DNA from: a virus
Strand: one strand, 5' to 3'
Virus genome (UHGV): UHGV-0236300
Length of the DNA: 64,000 nucleotides
Shown here: piece by piece, positions 9,376 through 18,689 of the stretch
Layout: each line of letters starts with the position of its first letter
Numbering within the stretch: position 1 is the stretch's first letter
Translations under genes and position numbers: made by a program
The notes under the pieces: model-generated
The model's database searches: none
The model's input: the letters and a program-made list of their open reading frames with translations, nothing else
What the model was told of the DNA's origin: nothing

Positions 9376-11799
9376 ATGAGCATGTGGTCGTTCGATTTTG
9401 AGGCCTCTGGCTTGCTGGAAGACCCAGATCTTTATTATCACTGCGGTTTGTTTAAAGAGCTGAATAAGAACCGTTTTATGCTGTTCCTTCCCCTAAATGA
9501 CCGCACACACTACTCTGAAGAGGATGTGGAGAAAGCTAAGAACTTCATTCTGGCAAAGAAGACCCTTTATACAGATTTTGAGGCTCGCATAGCAGATTTT
9601 TCAGAGTTGGAAGGCTGGCTTACAGGCAATTCAGACTGGTCACCTACGGCTTTGAACTGTCATAACTGCTACAGTTACGACTTTATGCTGATGGAAAGAT
9701 TATCCGGTATTCATTTTGATATGTTCCGTGATCCTAAATGCATGGGAACTATCAACGACCACCAGGTTAATCTGTTTGATACGTTAGCGATGAGTCGAAT
9801 CTTGTGGCCTGACCGCCCTTTGCCAAAAGGTTGTCCAGACGCAGTATTCAATCCAGTTACCAAGAAAATGCAGCCTGTTGGACCTCATGGTCTTATGGCA
9901 TGGGGCTATGCCCTTGGTAACCAGAAAGTTCAAATCGATGACTGGCGGGAGCTTCCGCTGTGGAAGTATGTGGATCGTGTGTTCGAGGACGTTATCATTC
10001 AGGAGTTGCTCTGGAAGGAGTTGGTAGCGGAATCAAAAGGTGTATTCTACGGCAAATCTGACATGCAGAACTTTATGTACGATCCTGCCAAAGAGAAGCC
10101 GAAAGGCTTCAAGAAGATCACCTGGAAGAACGCATTACGCCGAGGCATGTTACAGCACTTCCTGATGGAGCTGCAGGCTCGACAGGGGGTGTATTTCGAC
10201 ATAGATGGGGCTATTGCTTTACGTGATCGTTGCGATGCGTGGATGAAAGAGATCGCTGATCGTGTTGAACCACAGCTTCCTTTAAAAGAGTTATCAATGT
10301 CTCAGCGGCCTAAGTTCCCTGAAAAGCCGTTTAACCAGGATGGGACAATCTCCAATAATGGTTGGAAATGGTTAAAAGACAAGCTTGGCTATCCTGTGGA
10401 CATGAGTGCTTTAGAATTTAAAGCCCCTCCTAAGCGAGCATTTACCTCCACAGGGGATGTAAGTAAGATGGGGATAAAATGGTGTGAAGAGATGGGCTGT
10501 AAAGACCCCGATAAGATGGCTGATTTCTTGAGGGGGTATATCAAAGGAACTTCTACACCACACCCTTTACCTAAAGAGCTGATGGATCAGGCGATAAGTG
10601 ACCTACAGCAGAAGCGAATGCCTGACTGCAAGATACCCATGAAAATCAGCAATCAGGACGACATCAAGCGATACCTGATCAGTGCTGGTTGGCTCCCAAC
10701 AATGTGGAGAACTAAGGATGTAACTAAGGATAGCAAGAAGAAAGCTTTACCTGATGCAGATGTTGATGCACGAGTATATGCATATATGGACGAGCTTTTG
10801 GAGTCAGAGTATTGTGACCTAATTATCAACTTCTGGAACAAAACTGATGCTAAGTTCCAGACAACTGTACATAAGTTCAGAAGCTTCCCTAACTCTGAAA
10901 GAATTAAAAAGGAAGTGTTCGGGAAAATACGTAGAAAAGCCAGAGCGCTTATTACTTCTCCGCAACTGAAAGATACGTTTGGGCACCTGTGCCCGAATCT
11001 TGAAAAATTGAACGGAGAGATGGCTAAAGATATCGTTTTGTGGTTATCATTGCGAAACCGTAGATCGGTCCTTGATCCAATCAAGGAAGATAAGGTTGAT
11101 ACTGGTCTTCTTAATCATCCACGTTTGAAGATTGACCACAAACTTCCTGCTAAAAGTTCTGGATTAACAAACACTTCCAGACAGAAACATAGTATTTGTG
11201 CAAACATGCCTAAACCATCTCCTAAAGTGGTTATGGGTAAAGAGATGCGTAGTCTGTGGGGTGTTCCTCCGGGATACTTTGAGATCGGTATTGACGGGTC
11301 CAACTTAGAGCAGCTCATCGGGGCCTGGGGTGCCTTTGAGTTTGACAACGGTCTGTATTATGATGTTGTAAGTAACGGGGACGCGCACCAAAACAATGCT
11401 GAGGCATATACAAAAGTAGCAGGTAGAGAGGTGTCCCGTAACGATGGTAAACCTATCACGTATGGGGTTATGTATGGGGCACAAAAAGATAAAGTTGCAG
11501 ATATGCTGGATATCTCTCCCGAACTGGGGCAGAGAGTAATCGATGCTCTCTGGGATGCCAACCCAGGTCTTAAGGGGCGCAAAGAGGATCTGGAGAAATT
11601 CTGGGAAGCAACAGGTAAGAAATTTATCTACTCTTTTGACGGGCATGCTATTTGGACACGCTCTAAACACTCTTTGCTTAATGCATATCAGCAAAATGGC
11701 GGTGCATCACTGTGTGACCTAGTTGGGATACTCATGCACCACCAGATGGTGAAGCGTGGATGGTATGATGAGGGTGTTCGTCGTATTATTTATTACCAT
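9376..11799 (+). CDS. DNA polymerase, family A (T7 gp5-like), exon 1
   Basis: N-terminal exo motif FDFEASGL and AWGYALG; motif A IDGSNLE, motif B KPITYGVMYG; ORF stops right after ...IIYYH-K, the H being the His of motif C (HDE). Confidence 0.8.
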
Positions 11800-12641
11800 A
11801 AATAACATTGTGGCTTCGTGCAGTGATGCACGTCGAAAACCTCTTTAATTGACGGGAAGGCTAAGTTGACTTTTACGCCTAAACATGGTAAAAGCTCAAT
11901 ATGCTAATCCGCAGCGAAGACTAAAGGGGTGTAGTTAAAATGGCTAGATCAGTTGATTATCACGGATATACCGTGTTTGATGATGGAACAATACCTTTAT
12001 CGAAACGTGATCATACAACAATGTTTTGTTTTGATAATGGTAGAGGTTACCTTTGCGTAACCATGCTCATCGAGGGGAAGCAGTGCACAAAAGGTGTCCA
12101 CCACTTGGTTGCTGAATGCTTTGTACCGAACCCTGATCCTGAAAAGCTCACATGGGTGAACCATAAGGATGGAAATAAGTACAACAATGCATACTGGAAC
12201 TTGGAATGGACTACCCCTGGCGGAAATATCAAACACGCCTACGATAATGAACTCAGAGTAAGGCCAGTCGGTGAGTATAATGCCAACGCTGTACTGACCG
12301 AGGATGAGGTAACGGAGATTTGTGAACTGTTGCAGAGTGGTCTACGACAATGCGAGATTAGGGATCTTGGGTATCCTTATGAGACGGTTAGGGCCATAAA
12401 GCAAAGAAGACAGTGGAAACATATCTCTAAAAACTACACCTGGTAGTAACGTTCAGAGACTATCGAAAGCATAGCTCCAACATAGTTTGGTGTGAAGAAG
12501 CGAGTAGAGTAGGCCAGCAAGTGCGGTCGAAATGAGAGGTGCCTTGGTGACAAGGCAGTGAGATAGTCCGATCCATACAGGAAACCGTATGGCTGTGCAC
12601 GTAATGGTGCGGGGTAGCTTAACGACCTACCTGAACTATTG
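11800..12641 (+). mobile_element. group I intron interrupting the DNA polymerase gene at motif C, carrying an HNH homing endonuclease ORF
   Basis: Exon 1 ends in U, intron ends in G before GATGAG; IGS-like GUGG near 5' end; conserved P (AATTGACGGGAAGG ~11847), Q (AATCCGCAGC ~11906), R (GTTCAGAGACTA ~12451), S (AGATAGTCC ~12561) elements. Confidence 0.8.
11940..12446 (+). CDS. HNH homing endonuclease (intron-encoded)
   Basis: HNH motif VNHKDGNKYNN...NLEW; lies between intron elements Q and R. Confidence 0.8.
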   Translation: MARSVDYHGYTVFDDGTIPLSKRDHTTMFCFDNGRGYLCVTMLIEGKQCTKGVHHLVAECFVPNPDPEKLTWVNHKDGNKYNNAYWNLEWTTPGGNIKHAYDNELRVRPVGEYNANAVLTEDEVTEICELLQSGLRQCEIRDLGYPYETVRAIKQRRQWKHISKNYTW

Positions 12642-12995
12642 GATGAGTACCAACTTCAAGTGCCTGACACACCTAAGTATAAAACTGTATACACCTTCGA
12701 CACAATTGAAGAGCTGGAAACATTTAAAGCCCAACAAGAGGCTAAACTTCATGTGTTCGACGGTCATAAGTACAAAAAGGCACGCAAAGATGAGGACGGA
12801 AACGAAGTGGTTGACAAGGACGGAAATACGGTATACGATCCTATCTTGAACGATGACGGAAAGCTTGAACTTATCTGGAGCCCTGTGGGCGAAATGGTGG
12901 TGCATTGCTTCTGGCAGGCTTCTAAAATGATGGGCGTTCCGTTCCAGATCACAGGTGAATACTTGTGCGGTCGTAACTGGGGCGATTGTCACTAA
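12642..12995 (+). CDS. DNA polymerase, family A (T7 gp5-like), exon 2
   Basis: Begins DEYQLQV (completes HDE motif C); ends ...GRNWGDCH, matching the T7 DNA polymerase C-terminus ...GPNWAICH; in frame with exon 1 after removing the intron. Confidence 0.8.
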   Translation, partial: DEYQLQVPDTPKYKTVYTFDTIEELETFKAQQEAKLHVFDGHKYKKARKDEDGNEVVDKDGNTVYDPILNDDGKLELIWSPVGEMVVHCFWQASKMMGVPFQITGEYLCGRNWGDCH

Positions 12996-13046
12996 TGTAA
13001 ACTATCAACACACGGAAGTGTTGTTAGACAAAGAGAGGAGACTTTT

Positions 13047-13331
13047 ATGGTAGTAGAACCAACAAAAACATTTACCTCCATGACTATCCCTGTCATTATG
13101 CAGGTAGAGTGCGTTCAGGTGTCCCAAGTGTGGCCCGGTACTAAAATTCCAACAGGGCCTGATTTCTTTCAGGTCGGCAAAGTGTATAATGTCTGGAAGG
13201 CACCGGATTGTTACCCTTTCATTAAAGATGACCGTGGAATGTTATGGTATCTGGGGAATGATTTGACACTGCATCTTGGAAATGCTATTATTGCAGTGTT
13301 CCGGCTCAACAAGAAGGAGACAGATCAATGA
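13047..13331 (+). CDS. hypothetical protein
   Basis: ORF with SD GAGAGGAG upstream. Confidence 0.5.
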   Translation: MVVEPTKTFTSMTIPVIMQVECVQVSQVWPGTKIPTGPDFFQVGKVYNVWKAPDCYPFIKDDRGMLWYLGNDLTLHLGNAIIAVFRLNKKETDQ

Positions 13332-13555
13332 CAACTTTGGTTAAAGCTACGTTTGTAGAAGAAAAGATGACAGACCTGTCATTCTTTGAAGAAGGTAAGG
13401 TCTACAAGGTTTATTACGATAAGGATCGCAGGAACAATATGATCGAAGACGAGGACGGTATCTCCTGGTATATCTCCCATCTGTCAAATGGTGAGTATCA
13501 TATCTATGGGACCACCCTACTTGCCAAGTTTGCAGTTGTTGAAGAGGATCTATGA
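13328..13555 (+). CDS. hypothetical protein
   Basis: ORF with start overlapping the upstream stop (ATGA coupling). Confidence 0.5.
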   Translation: MTTLVKATFVEEKMTDLSFFEEGKVYKVYYDKDRRNNMIEDEDGISWYISHLSNGEYHIYGTTLLAKFAVVEEDL

Positions 13556-13746
13556 AAGTAAAGTATCTGGCTGAAGGTATGAGTAGGTATTTTACCCTTG
13601 GGGAAGAGTATTGGCCCTTCACGGAAAATGGAGATGTATACGTGAAGGATGACCAAGGTGTGCCGTGGTTTCTGCACCCTAATGGGTTGGGATATTCCAT
13701 CTACTGCGGTGCGGTGAACAACACAACCCTTGCAGAGTTTGTATAG
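13552..13746 (+). CDS. hypothetical protein
   Basis: ORF with ATGA overlap with the upstream gene. Confidence 0.45.
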   Translation: MKVKYLAEGMSRYFTLGEEYWPFTENGDVYVKDDQGVPWFLHPNGLGYSIYCGAVNNTTLAEFV

Positions 13747-13756
13747 AGGAGGTAGA

Positions 13757-14128
13757 ATGTTAGTAAAAGGTACCCACACAGTCAAGCAACGTATTGAAGT
13801 TGAGATTGATGATTGTGAGCTGAAGCATATTTTACGGTCATGCTCCAACGTTTTGCTCCTTAGTATTCTTCAGGAGCGAGCGGAGAACGAGTTCTTAAAT
13901 GCACTGGCAGGCCGTCCTGGGGACTTCTGTGTGCGTAAGCGTGAAGATCGTAAGTCATGGTTGTGGGAAATCGATGCCGACTGGGATTACCACAAAAATG
14001 AGGGTATAGATGAGCCTATTCGTGAATTGACAGACAAAGAGATTCAGATGTACAATGAAGTTTGTCATTGGGCAAAACGCCAACAAATTTACCTCGACCC
14101 TGTGTGGATGATTGAAAATAGTCATTGA
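13757..14128 (+). CDS. hypothetical protein
   Basis: Track ORF 13730..14128; ATG 13757 preceded by GGAGGTAG. Confidence 0.5.
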   Translation: MLVKGTHTVKQRIEVEIDDCELKHILRSCSNVLLLSILQERAENEFLNALAGRPGDFCVRKREDRKSWLWEIDADWDYHKNEGIDEPIRELTDKEIQMYNEVCHWAKRQQIYLDPVWMIENSH

Positions 14129-14153
14129 CAAGAGGTAAGATTGGATATAAGAT
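14125..14153 (+). promoter_or_regulatory. candidate sigma70 promoter (TTGACA-N17-TAAGAT)
   Basis: Consensus -35 with weak -10, upstream of gene 14205. Confidence 0.35.
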
Positions 14154-14204
14154 TCTTCACACAAACAGAGATTTGATTTTTAAATAATTGAGGAGACTGC
14201 TAAG

Positions 14205-14459
14205 ATGCAAATCACTTTGAAGCCAGAATGCGTTGCAAATGACCGAGCTTTTAAAGATTGCACACTCGGTGCAATTTATGAAGCAGAATTTTGTGAGAAC
14301 CCTCTGGTAAAAGCCCTTCTGGAAGAAGGAACCTATTTATCACAAGAAGAGCTTGATGAGTTGGAAAACTCGGCCCAGTGTCTTACCTTTAAAGATGATG
14401 AAGGGGATTCTGTCTGGTGCACTGTTAACGAAGTAGTTTTTGTAAAACCTGAGCATTAA
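14205..14459 (+). CDS. hypothetical protein
   Basis: ORF with SD GGAG upstream. Confidence 0.55.
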   Translation: MQITLKPECVANDRAFKDCTLGAIYEAEFCENPLVKALLEEGTYLSQEELDELENSAQCLTFKDDEGDSVWCTVNEVVFVKPEH

Positions 14460-14462
14460 TAC

Positions 14463-14491
14463 TTGACAATAGAGATGGGGTCTAATATAAT
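14463..14491 (+). promoter_or_regulatory. sigma70 promoter, perfect consensus TTGACA-N17-TATAAT
   Basis: Exact -35 and -10 hexamers with 17-nt spacer, upstream of gene 14523. Confidence 0.6.
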
Positions 14492-14522
14492 GGCCCTATC
14501 AAAACGAAAGGAGACCACAGCA

Positions 14523-14795
14523 ATGACCAAACAATATCAACGAATTAAAGCCAAGGTTAAGCCAGACTATCTGGAGAAGGACTCTGCTTTTCGGGACTGC
14601 ACAGCAGACAAAATTTACACAGGGGCCGTCCTGCTAAACGATGAATTTGAAGTGGATGTGCTAGGTAAGGAGGCTACTATCAAGGATGACCAGGGGGATT
14701 ATGTTTGTTGCACCACCAGAGAGCTGGAGGTATTAGAATACTTCGGTGAAATCTTCACCTCTCTTGATGATTACTTAGATGACGAGGAAGCGTGA
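14523..14795 (+). CDS. hypothetical protein
   Basis: Track ORF 14463..14795; ATG 14523 with SD AAAGGAG, downstream of the consensus promoter. Confidence 0.5.
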   Translation: MTKQYQRIKAKVKPDYLEKDSAFRDCTADKIYTGAVLLNDEFEVDVLGKEATIKDDQGDYVCCTTRELEVLEYFGEIFTSLDDYLDDEEA

Positions 14796-15196
14796 TGAAA
14801 AACATTTGGGATATTAATATCTTTGAAGCCTCTGAGCTTGACGGTGCCGATGGAGTTATTATAGTCTCTGATGGAAAGGTAACATTGACCTCTGGACTGA
14901 CCTATGAGGACACTACCTACGCACTGGGAGATCTTGCCTTGTTGAAATCAACAGGTGACTCTCTGGAAGAACGTCTGCAAGGATTTGCCTTTAAAGAAGG
15001 CACAAGCACCACACTGATGTGCACTACACGCACTGTTCAGTTGGGCAACGGGGTCTATATGGTCATTGCAGTGTGCCCCAAATTCAGCAACATCAATAAA
15101 GATGATGCTGACGCTGTCAACGACGTGGTTGTCCTCTTCGTTGGTGACGCTATGGCAGATCTGATGAATGCAGGAGAAGCAGCAAATGAAGACTGA
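14792..15196 (+). CDS. hypothetical protein
   Basis: ORF with ATGA overlap with the upstream gene. Confidence 0.55.
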   Translation: MMKNIWDINIFEASELDGADGVIIVSDGKVTLTSGLTYEDTTYALGDLALLKSTGDSLEERLQGFAFKEGTSTTLMCTTRTVQLGNGVYMVIAVCPKFSNINKDDADAVNDVVVLFVGDAMADLMNAGEAANED

Positions 15197-15488
15197 AAAC
15201 ATCAACCCAACAGGATTCTTGAAAGTATACCGTGAACTGCTATATACTACAGAGGACAGTGTTCTAGAGTACCCAGAATACCTTTTGCTGTATAAGTATC
15301 TACAAGAAGCTGGTGAAAATCTACCAGTTAGTGCAGAAGGCGGTCCGAACTGGATATACAGCGCATGGAGAAAGGTTGACATTCTCCCAGATCCAGGAAA
15401 AGATATGGTAGTTTGGCAGCTTATCAACAACATCGGGATTCCAATCTTTGATGAAGCTGTTAAAATCTATTTTGAACTTGACGATTAA
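15186..15488 (+). CDS. hypothetical protein
   Basis: Track ORF 15168..15488; internal ATG 15186 is the likelier start. Confidence 0.5.
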   Translation: MKTENINPTGFLKVYRELLYTTEDSVLEYPEYLLLYKYLQEAGENLPVSAEGGPNWIYSAWRKVDILPDPGKDMVVWQLINNIGIPIFDEAVKIYFELDD

Positions 15489-15505
15489 TATCAGGAGACC
15501 TTAAG

Positions 15506-15751
15506 ATGGCTGGAGTAGTTGCTCGCGCAGGACAGAAAGTACGTTGTGTTGAAGTTGGTTTCGGCGGCAAAGGTTGCCAGAACCTAACACAAGGTAAGGA
15601 ATACGCTGTTATTTCTGGTGGTGGAGATAAGAGCATTGTGTTCGATGATCATATTCTGGATGCTGAAAACTTTGAAATATTTGACGATGATGGCGATCCG
15701 ATCACCTGCCTGCTGAACGGAAGCTGGGGCACTTTCGAAGTAATTGGCTAA
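15506..15751 (+). CDS. hypothetical protein
   Basis: ORF with SD AGGAGA upstream. Confidence 0.5.
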   Translation: MAGVVARAGQKVRCVEVGFGGKGCQNLTQGKEYAVISGGGDKSIVFDDHILDAENFEIFDDDGDPITCLLNGSWGTFEVIG

Positions 15752-15833
15752 CAAATAGCTGTTGTAATTTACAGAAGGAGATGCTAAAATGGTGTCTCCT
15801 TTATGTTGTTCAAATAAAATCGGAGATTCCACA

Positions 15834-16199
15834 ATGGAACAAATGAACGATCAAGCGTCGGTTGCGATGAACGAGCAAGAACAACCTCAAGAATTTTTCT
15901 TAGGGTTAAGCAAAGATCAAGTGTCTCTTCTGCTGGTACTTTCTTCTTTCATGGGGAGACTTCAGGAGCTCACACAACAACCAGAGGCTGAACAGTTATT
16001 CCAGGCTCTGCGAGAAGAAGAGAAATATCGTCGTTTGGATTATGCCTTAGGTTGGGTAGCTCAACAACGAGATATGCTAATGGCCCTTTCTGGGACGACG
16101 AGTTTTGCAATGGGCCTGTTAGCTCAAGTCCAGGACAAATTAATTCAAGCAGGGTTTGCACATACATCAACCACTAACGAAGAACAAGGAGATAAATAA
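15834..16199 (+). CDS. hypothetical protein
   Basis: Track ORF 15789..16199; ATG 15834 (MEQMNDQ) is the likelier start. Confidence 0.5.
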   Translation: MEQMNDQASVAMNEQEQPQEFFLGLSKDQVSLLLVLSSFMGRLQELTQQPEAEQLFQALREEEKYRRLDYALGWVAQQRDMLMALSGTTSFAMGLLAQVQDKLIQAGFAHTSTTNEEQGDK

Positions 16200-17425
16200 T
16201 GAGCGTTATCCAACAATTTGCTAACCCGATGAATCCGCGTGAAACTGTTTTACTGGCTCACGGTATGATTAAACGTGTCAGCATCAAGCCCATTAAAGGT
16301 GCTGATCCTACAACAGGTATTAAAACCACTGTGTGGCAAGGTAAGAAAATTGAATCCAGCCACACCATCTCTTTACTGATTTCTGAACTGGACTCCTCTG
16401 ATAACCTGCTCCAAGGTGGTGAAGAAGTTTGGATCAGCATGGGTGATAAGCTGCTTAAGCCTGGTCATCAAGACTCCGTCTCTGTTAAAATTGATGACAA
16501 GTGGGAAACAGTAACGCCAGGATGGATCGTAAATATCCCTTTAAAGGCAAATGAGCATAACGGTAAGACCTACTACAAAGGCTCACTGGCTAAAATGGTT
16601 AAGTTGGGGGCAGGAGAGGCTCCATCAGCTCCACAGCAACAAAAACAGCAACAAGGCACACAATCACAAGGCCAGAAGCAGAAACCTCAGCAGAATGCCA
16701 ATCAGGACGTTTTACGCATCTATGGTGATGTGACTCAGATTGTTGGTAACGTGGTTACTGTCAATGACCACAAGATTGGCGAAGGTGCTATGGTTGTCTC
16801 CGATGAGCAGCTTAAAGACCTGGTGGTTGGCGGTCGTGTTGCAGCTATTGTTGACAAAGACACCGGGAATATTATCAGCGGCTTCAAGGCCTACCCGCCT
16901 AAAGCAGAGAACGGTACACAAGGTTCTGGTGGTAAGCGTAAATCCTCTTACGACCCCATCGGTGTAGAGACAGGGCACAGTATCAATGCATTGCAGATCA
17001 TCCTGGATCGCGGGTTTAAGATTGACAGCCCTTTAGATGTGGCTAAAACACTGCACGTGGTCACCATCGAGCTTAAGAAAGAGTACGCTCAAGCCACTAA
17101 CCGAACTGAAGATGAAGTAGGTGCCAGTGTTGGTAATGCGGTATTGAACGCTTGTCGCCGTATTGACAAGAAAACGAAAGTTGATGATTTTGCAGTAGCA
17201 ATTACTGCAGAGGCAAAAGATGTCTTGACTAATCTTGCTGAACCGTTGTATGATTGGATCAAGAACGGTGCTGGAGCCACTGACCATCAAGAGCCTCAAG
17301 CTGCCAAACAGGAAGCCGCCCCACAGCAAAACACTGTAGACGCTCCTCCTGTAGATGATGCGGAAGACGACCCGATGGATCAGAATCCGGCACAGTACGC
17401 CTTTGATGATGACATACCTTTTTAA
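16199..17425 (+). CDS. putative ssDNA-binding protein with host-SSB-like acidic C-terminal tip
   Basis: Q/G-rich linker then C-terminus ...AFDDDIPF, almost identical to the E. coli SSB tip DFDDDIPF; an N-terminal OB fold is not verifiable by eye. Confidence 0.5.
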   Translation: MSVIQQFANPMNPRETVLLAHGMIKRVSIKPIKGADPTTGIKTTVWQGKKIESSHTISLLISELDSSDNLLQGGEEVWISMGDKLLKPGHQDSVSVKIDDKWETVTPGWIVNIPLKANEHNGKTYYKGSLAKMVKLGAGEAPSAPQQQKQQQGTQSQGQKQKPQQNANQDVLRIYGDVTQIVGNVVTVNDHKIGEGAMVVSDEQLKDLVVGGRVAAIVDKDTGNIISGFKAYPPKAENGTQGSGGKRKSSYDPIGVETGHSINALQIILDRGFKIDSPLDVAKTLHVVTIELKKEYAQATNRTEDEVGASVGNAVLNACRRIDKKTKVDDFAVAITAEAKDVLTNLAEPLYDWIKNGAGATDHQEPQAAKQEAAPQQNTVDAPPVDDAEDDPMDQNPAQYAFDDDIPF

Positions 17426-17440
17426 CATCTAGTTAACATA

Positions 17441-17470
17441 GCCCTACCCGAAAGGGTGGGGCATTTTTGT
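17441..17470 (+). terminator. rho-independent terminator (GAAA tetraloop hairpin + T-run)
   Basis: GCCCTACCC-GAAA-GGGTGGGGC followed by ATTTTTGT; paralogous to the terminator at 6440. Confidence 0.7.
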
Positions 17471-17487
17471 ATAGAGAGGACTGAAAA

Positions 17488-17904
17488 ATGACATTAGAAG
17501 ATATCATTGTTAAACCTGAGAACTATGACCAATACAATCTATCAACCCAATCTGTGGACCTTGGATGCGCCACTGTCAGTGCGTGGCTGGTTAACGGAAA
17601 AGAGTTGGATAAATGCTTAGAAGCTCACATGACTGTGAACAAGTTCCTTGATGAAAATACTCACTGGCTGGAAGGTGCAGGTGTATACGCTTCGTGGCTA
17701 GAGAGTATGGGATTTGACTACCAATCTGAAGAGGGGTGGTGGAGCTATCTGGCTATCTGTCCAGAGACATTGCAATGCTTCATGAAATATTCTGAAGATT
17801 TGGAGTACCGGGCGGTGGTTGACAGTGCTATTGCTCGTTATAGCCGTAAACCTTTTTCCCACGACATTAAAACTGTGGAAGAATTTGTTGAAGTTTTCTG
17901 TTGA
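17488..17904 (+). CDS. hypothetical protein
   Basis: ORF with SD AGAGGA upstream. Confidence 0.55.
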   Translation: MTLEDIIVKPENYDQYNLSTQSVDLGCATVSAWLVNGKELDKCLEAHMTVNKFLDENTHWLEGAGVYASWLESMGFDYQSEEGWWSYLAICPETLQCFMKYSEDLEYRAVVDSAIARYSRKPFSHDIKTVEEFVEVFC

Positions 17905-18000
17905 CACAGGTTGTAAGGTGTGCAATTATAACCTTGTAGAGCTGGAGGATGTGATGAACGAAGAAAACTGGGATGTGTAACTAACAGGAGGCCACTGCCC

Positions 18001-18198
18001 ATGATTTATCGAATCCGTGTGAGAGAAGATGCACCAGGTTGTTACTTTGACTGGCGTGGGTGGTGGTTTCTCCACCCAATGGATGGACTCACAGATAGAA
18101 TGCTGGATGCTGCCCTTTACACAGATACCGACATAGAGTATAATCTTTACTTGAAAGATGGTATCGATAACGGCCTGTTTGAAGCAATTCCTGCGTAA
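18001..18198 (+). CDS. hypothetical protein
   Basis: Short ORF with SD AGGAGG upstream. Confidence 0.45.
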   Translation: MIYRIRVREDAPGCYFDWRGWWFLHPMDGLTDRMLDAALYTDTDIEYNLYLKDGIDNGLFEAIPA

Positions 18199-18263
18199 GA
18201 GAATGTGATCGCCATGTTTTATGATCTTCCTGTAGCACCACCTATTGATCCTGGAGAACTACG

Positions 18264-18689
18264 ATGATTTATGAAATGCCAAAACTGATTCGTGACGATG
18301 CACGAAACGCCCACACCTTTATTATGGGCAAGCGCATGGATATTATTTGTCACAAAGACTTCTGGGAAGGGAGCTACTTCACAGAATATTTTGGAAAAAT
18401 GGATGATGGCCTACTGATCCAGTTTTACACCGATGCGGAAAACAACATTAGTTGGGAGTTCGAGACCGAAGATATCCATAAACTTTTCACCTTCCTTGGT
18501 ATTAAGATTAAGGCCAAGTTTGAAGAGGGAGAGTGCGACGATTGTGGATTTTATGAGGTAACAGATTTCTATCTTCCGAGCGGTAAAAACCTTTACTATG
18601 AAAGCCACTTCGGTAACTCCAATATGCCACAGTGCTGGACTGAGTTTTTTGAAATTGTGGAAGAGGAGCTGGAATATCGTGATTATTGA
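18264..18689 (+). CDS. hypothetical protein
   Basis: ORF; Cys pair ECDDCG; no assignable family. Confidence 0.5.
   Translation: MIYEMPKLIRDDARNAHTFIMGKRMDIICHKDFWEGSYFTEYFGKMDDGLLIQFYTDAENNISWEFETEDIHKLFTFLGIKIKAKFEEGECDDCGFYEVTDFYLPSGKNLYYESHFGNSNMPQCWTEFFEIVEEELEYRDY

Noticed and set aside
12589-12849. Alternative-frame ORF (86 aa) overlapping polymerase exon 2
   Set aside because: Overlaps the intron 3' region and exon 2 in a different frame; low-complexity, non-protein-like composition.
12639-12995. Track ORF read as an independent 118-aa gene
   Set aside because: Its first codon is the 3' end of the group I intron; from 12642 onward it matches the family A polymerase C-terminus (DEYQ..., ...NWGDCH) and is better explained as polymerase exon 2.
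16199-17425. Calling the 408-aa protein a canonical bacterial-type SSB
   Set aside because: Only the C-terminal tip matches host SSB; the N-terminal region does not visibly match the E. coli SSB OB-fold sequence, so the call is kept as putative.
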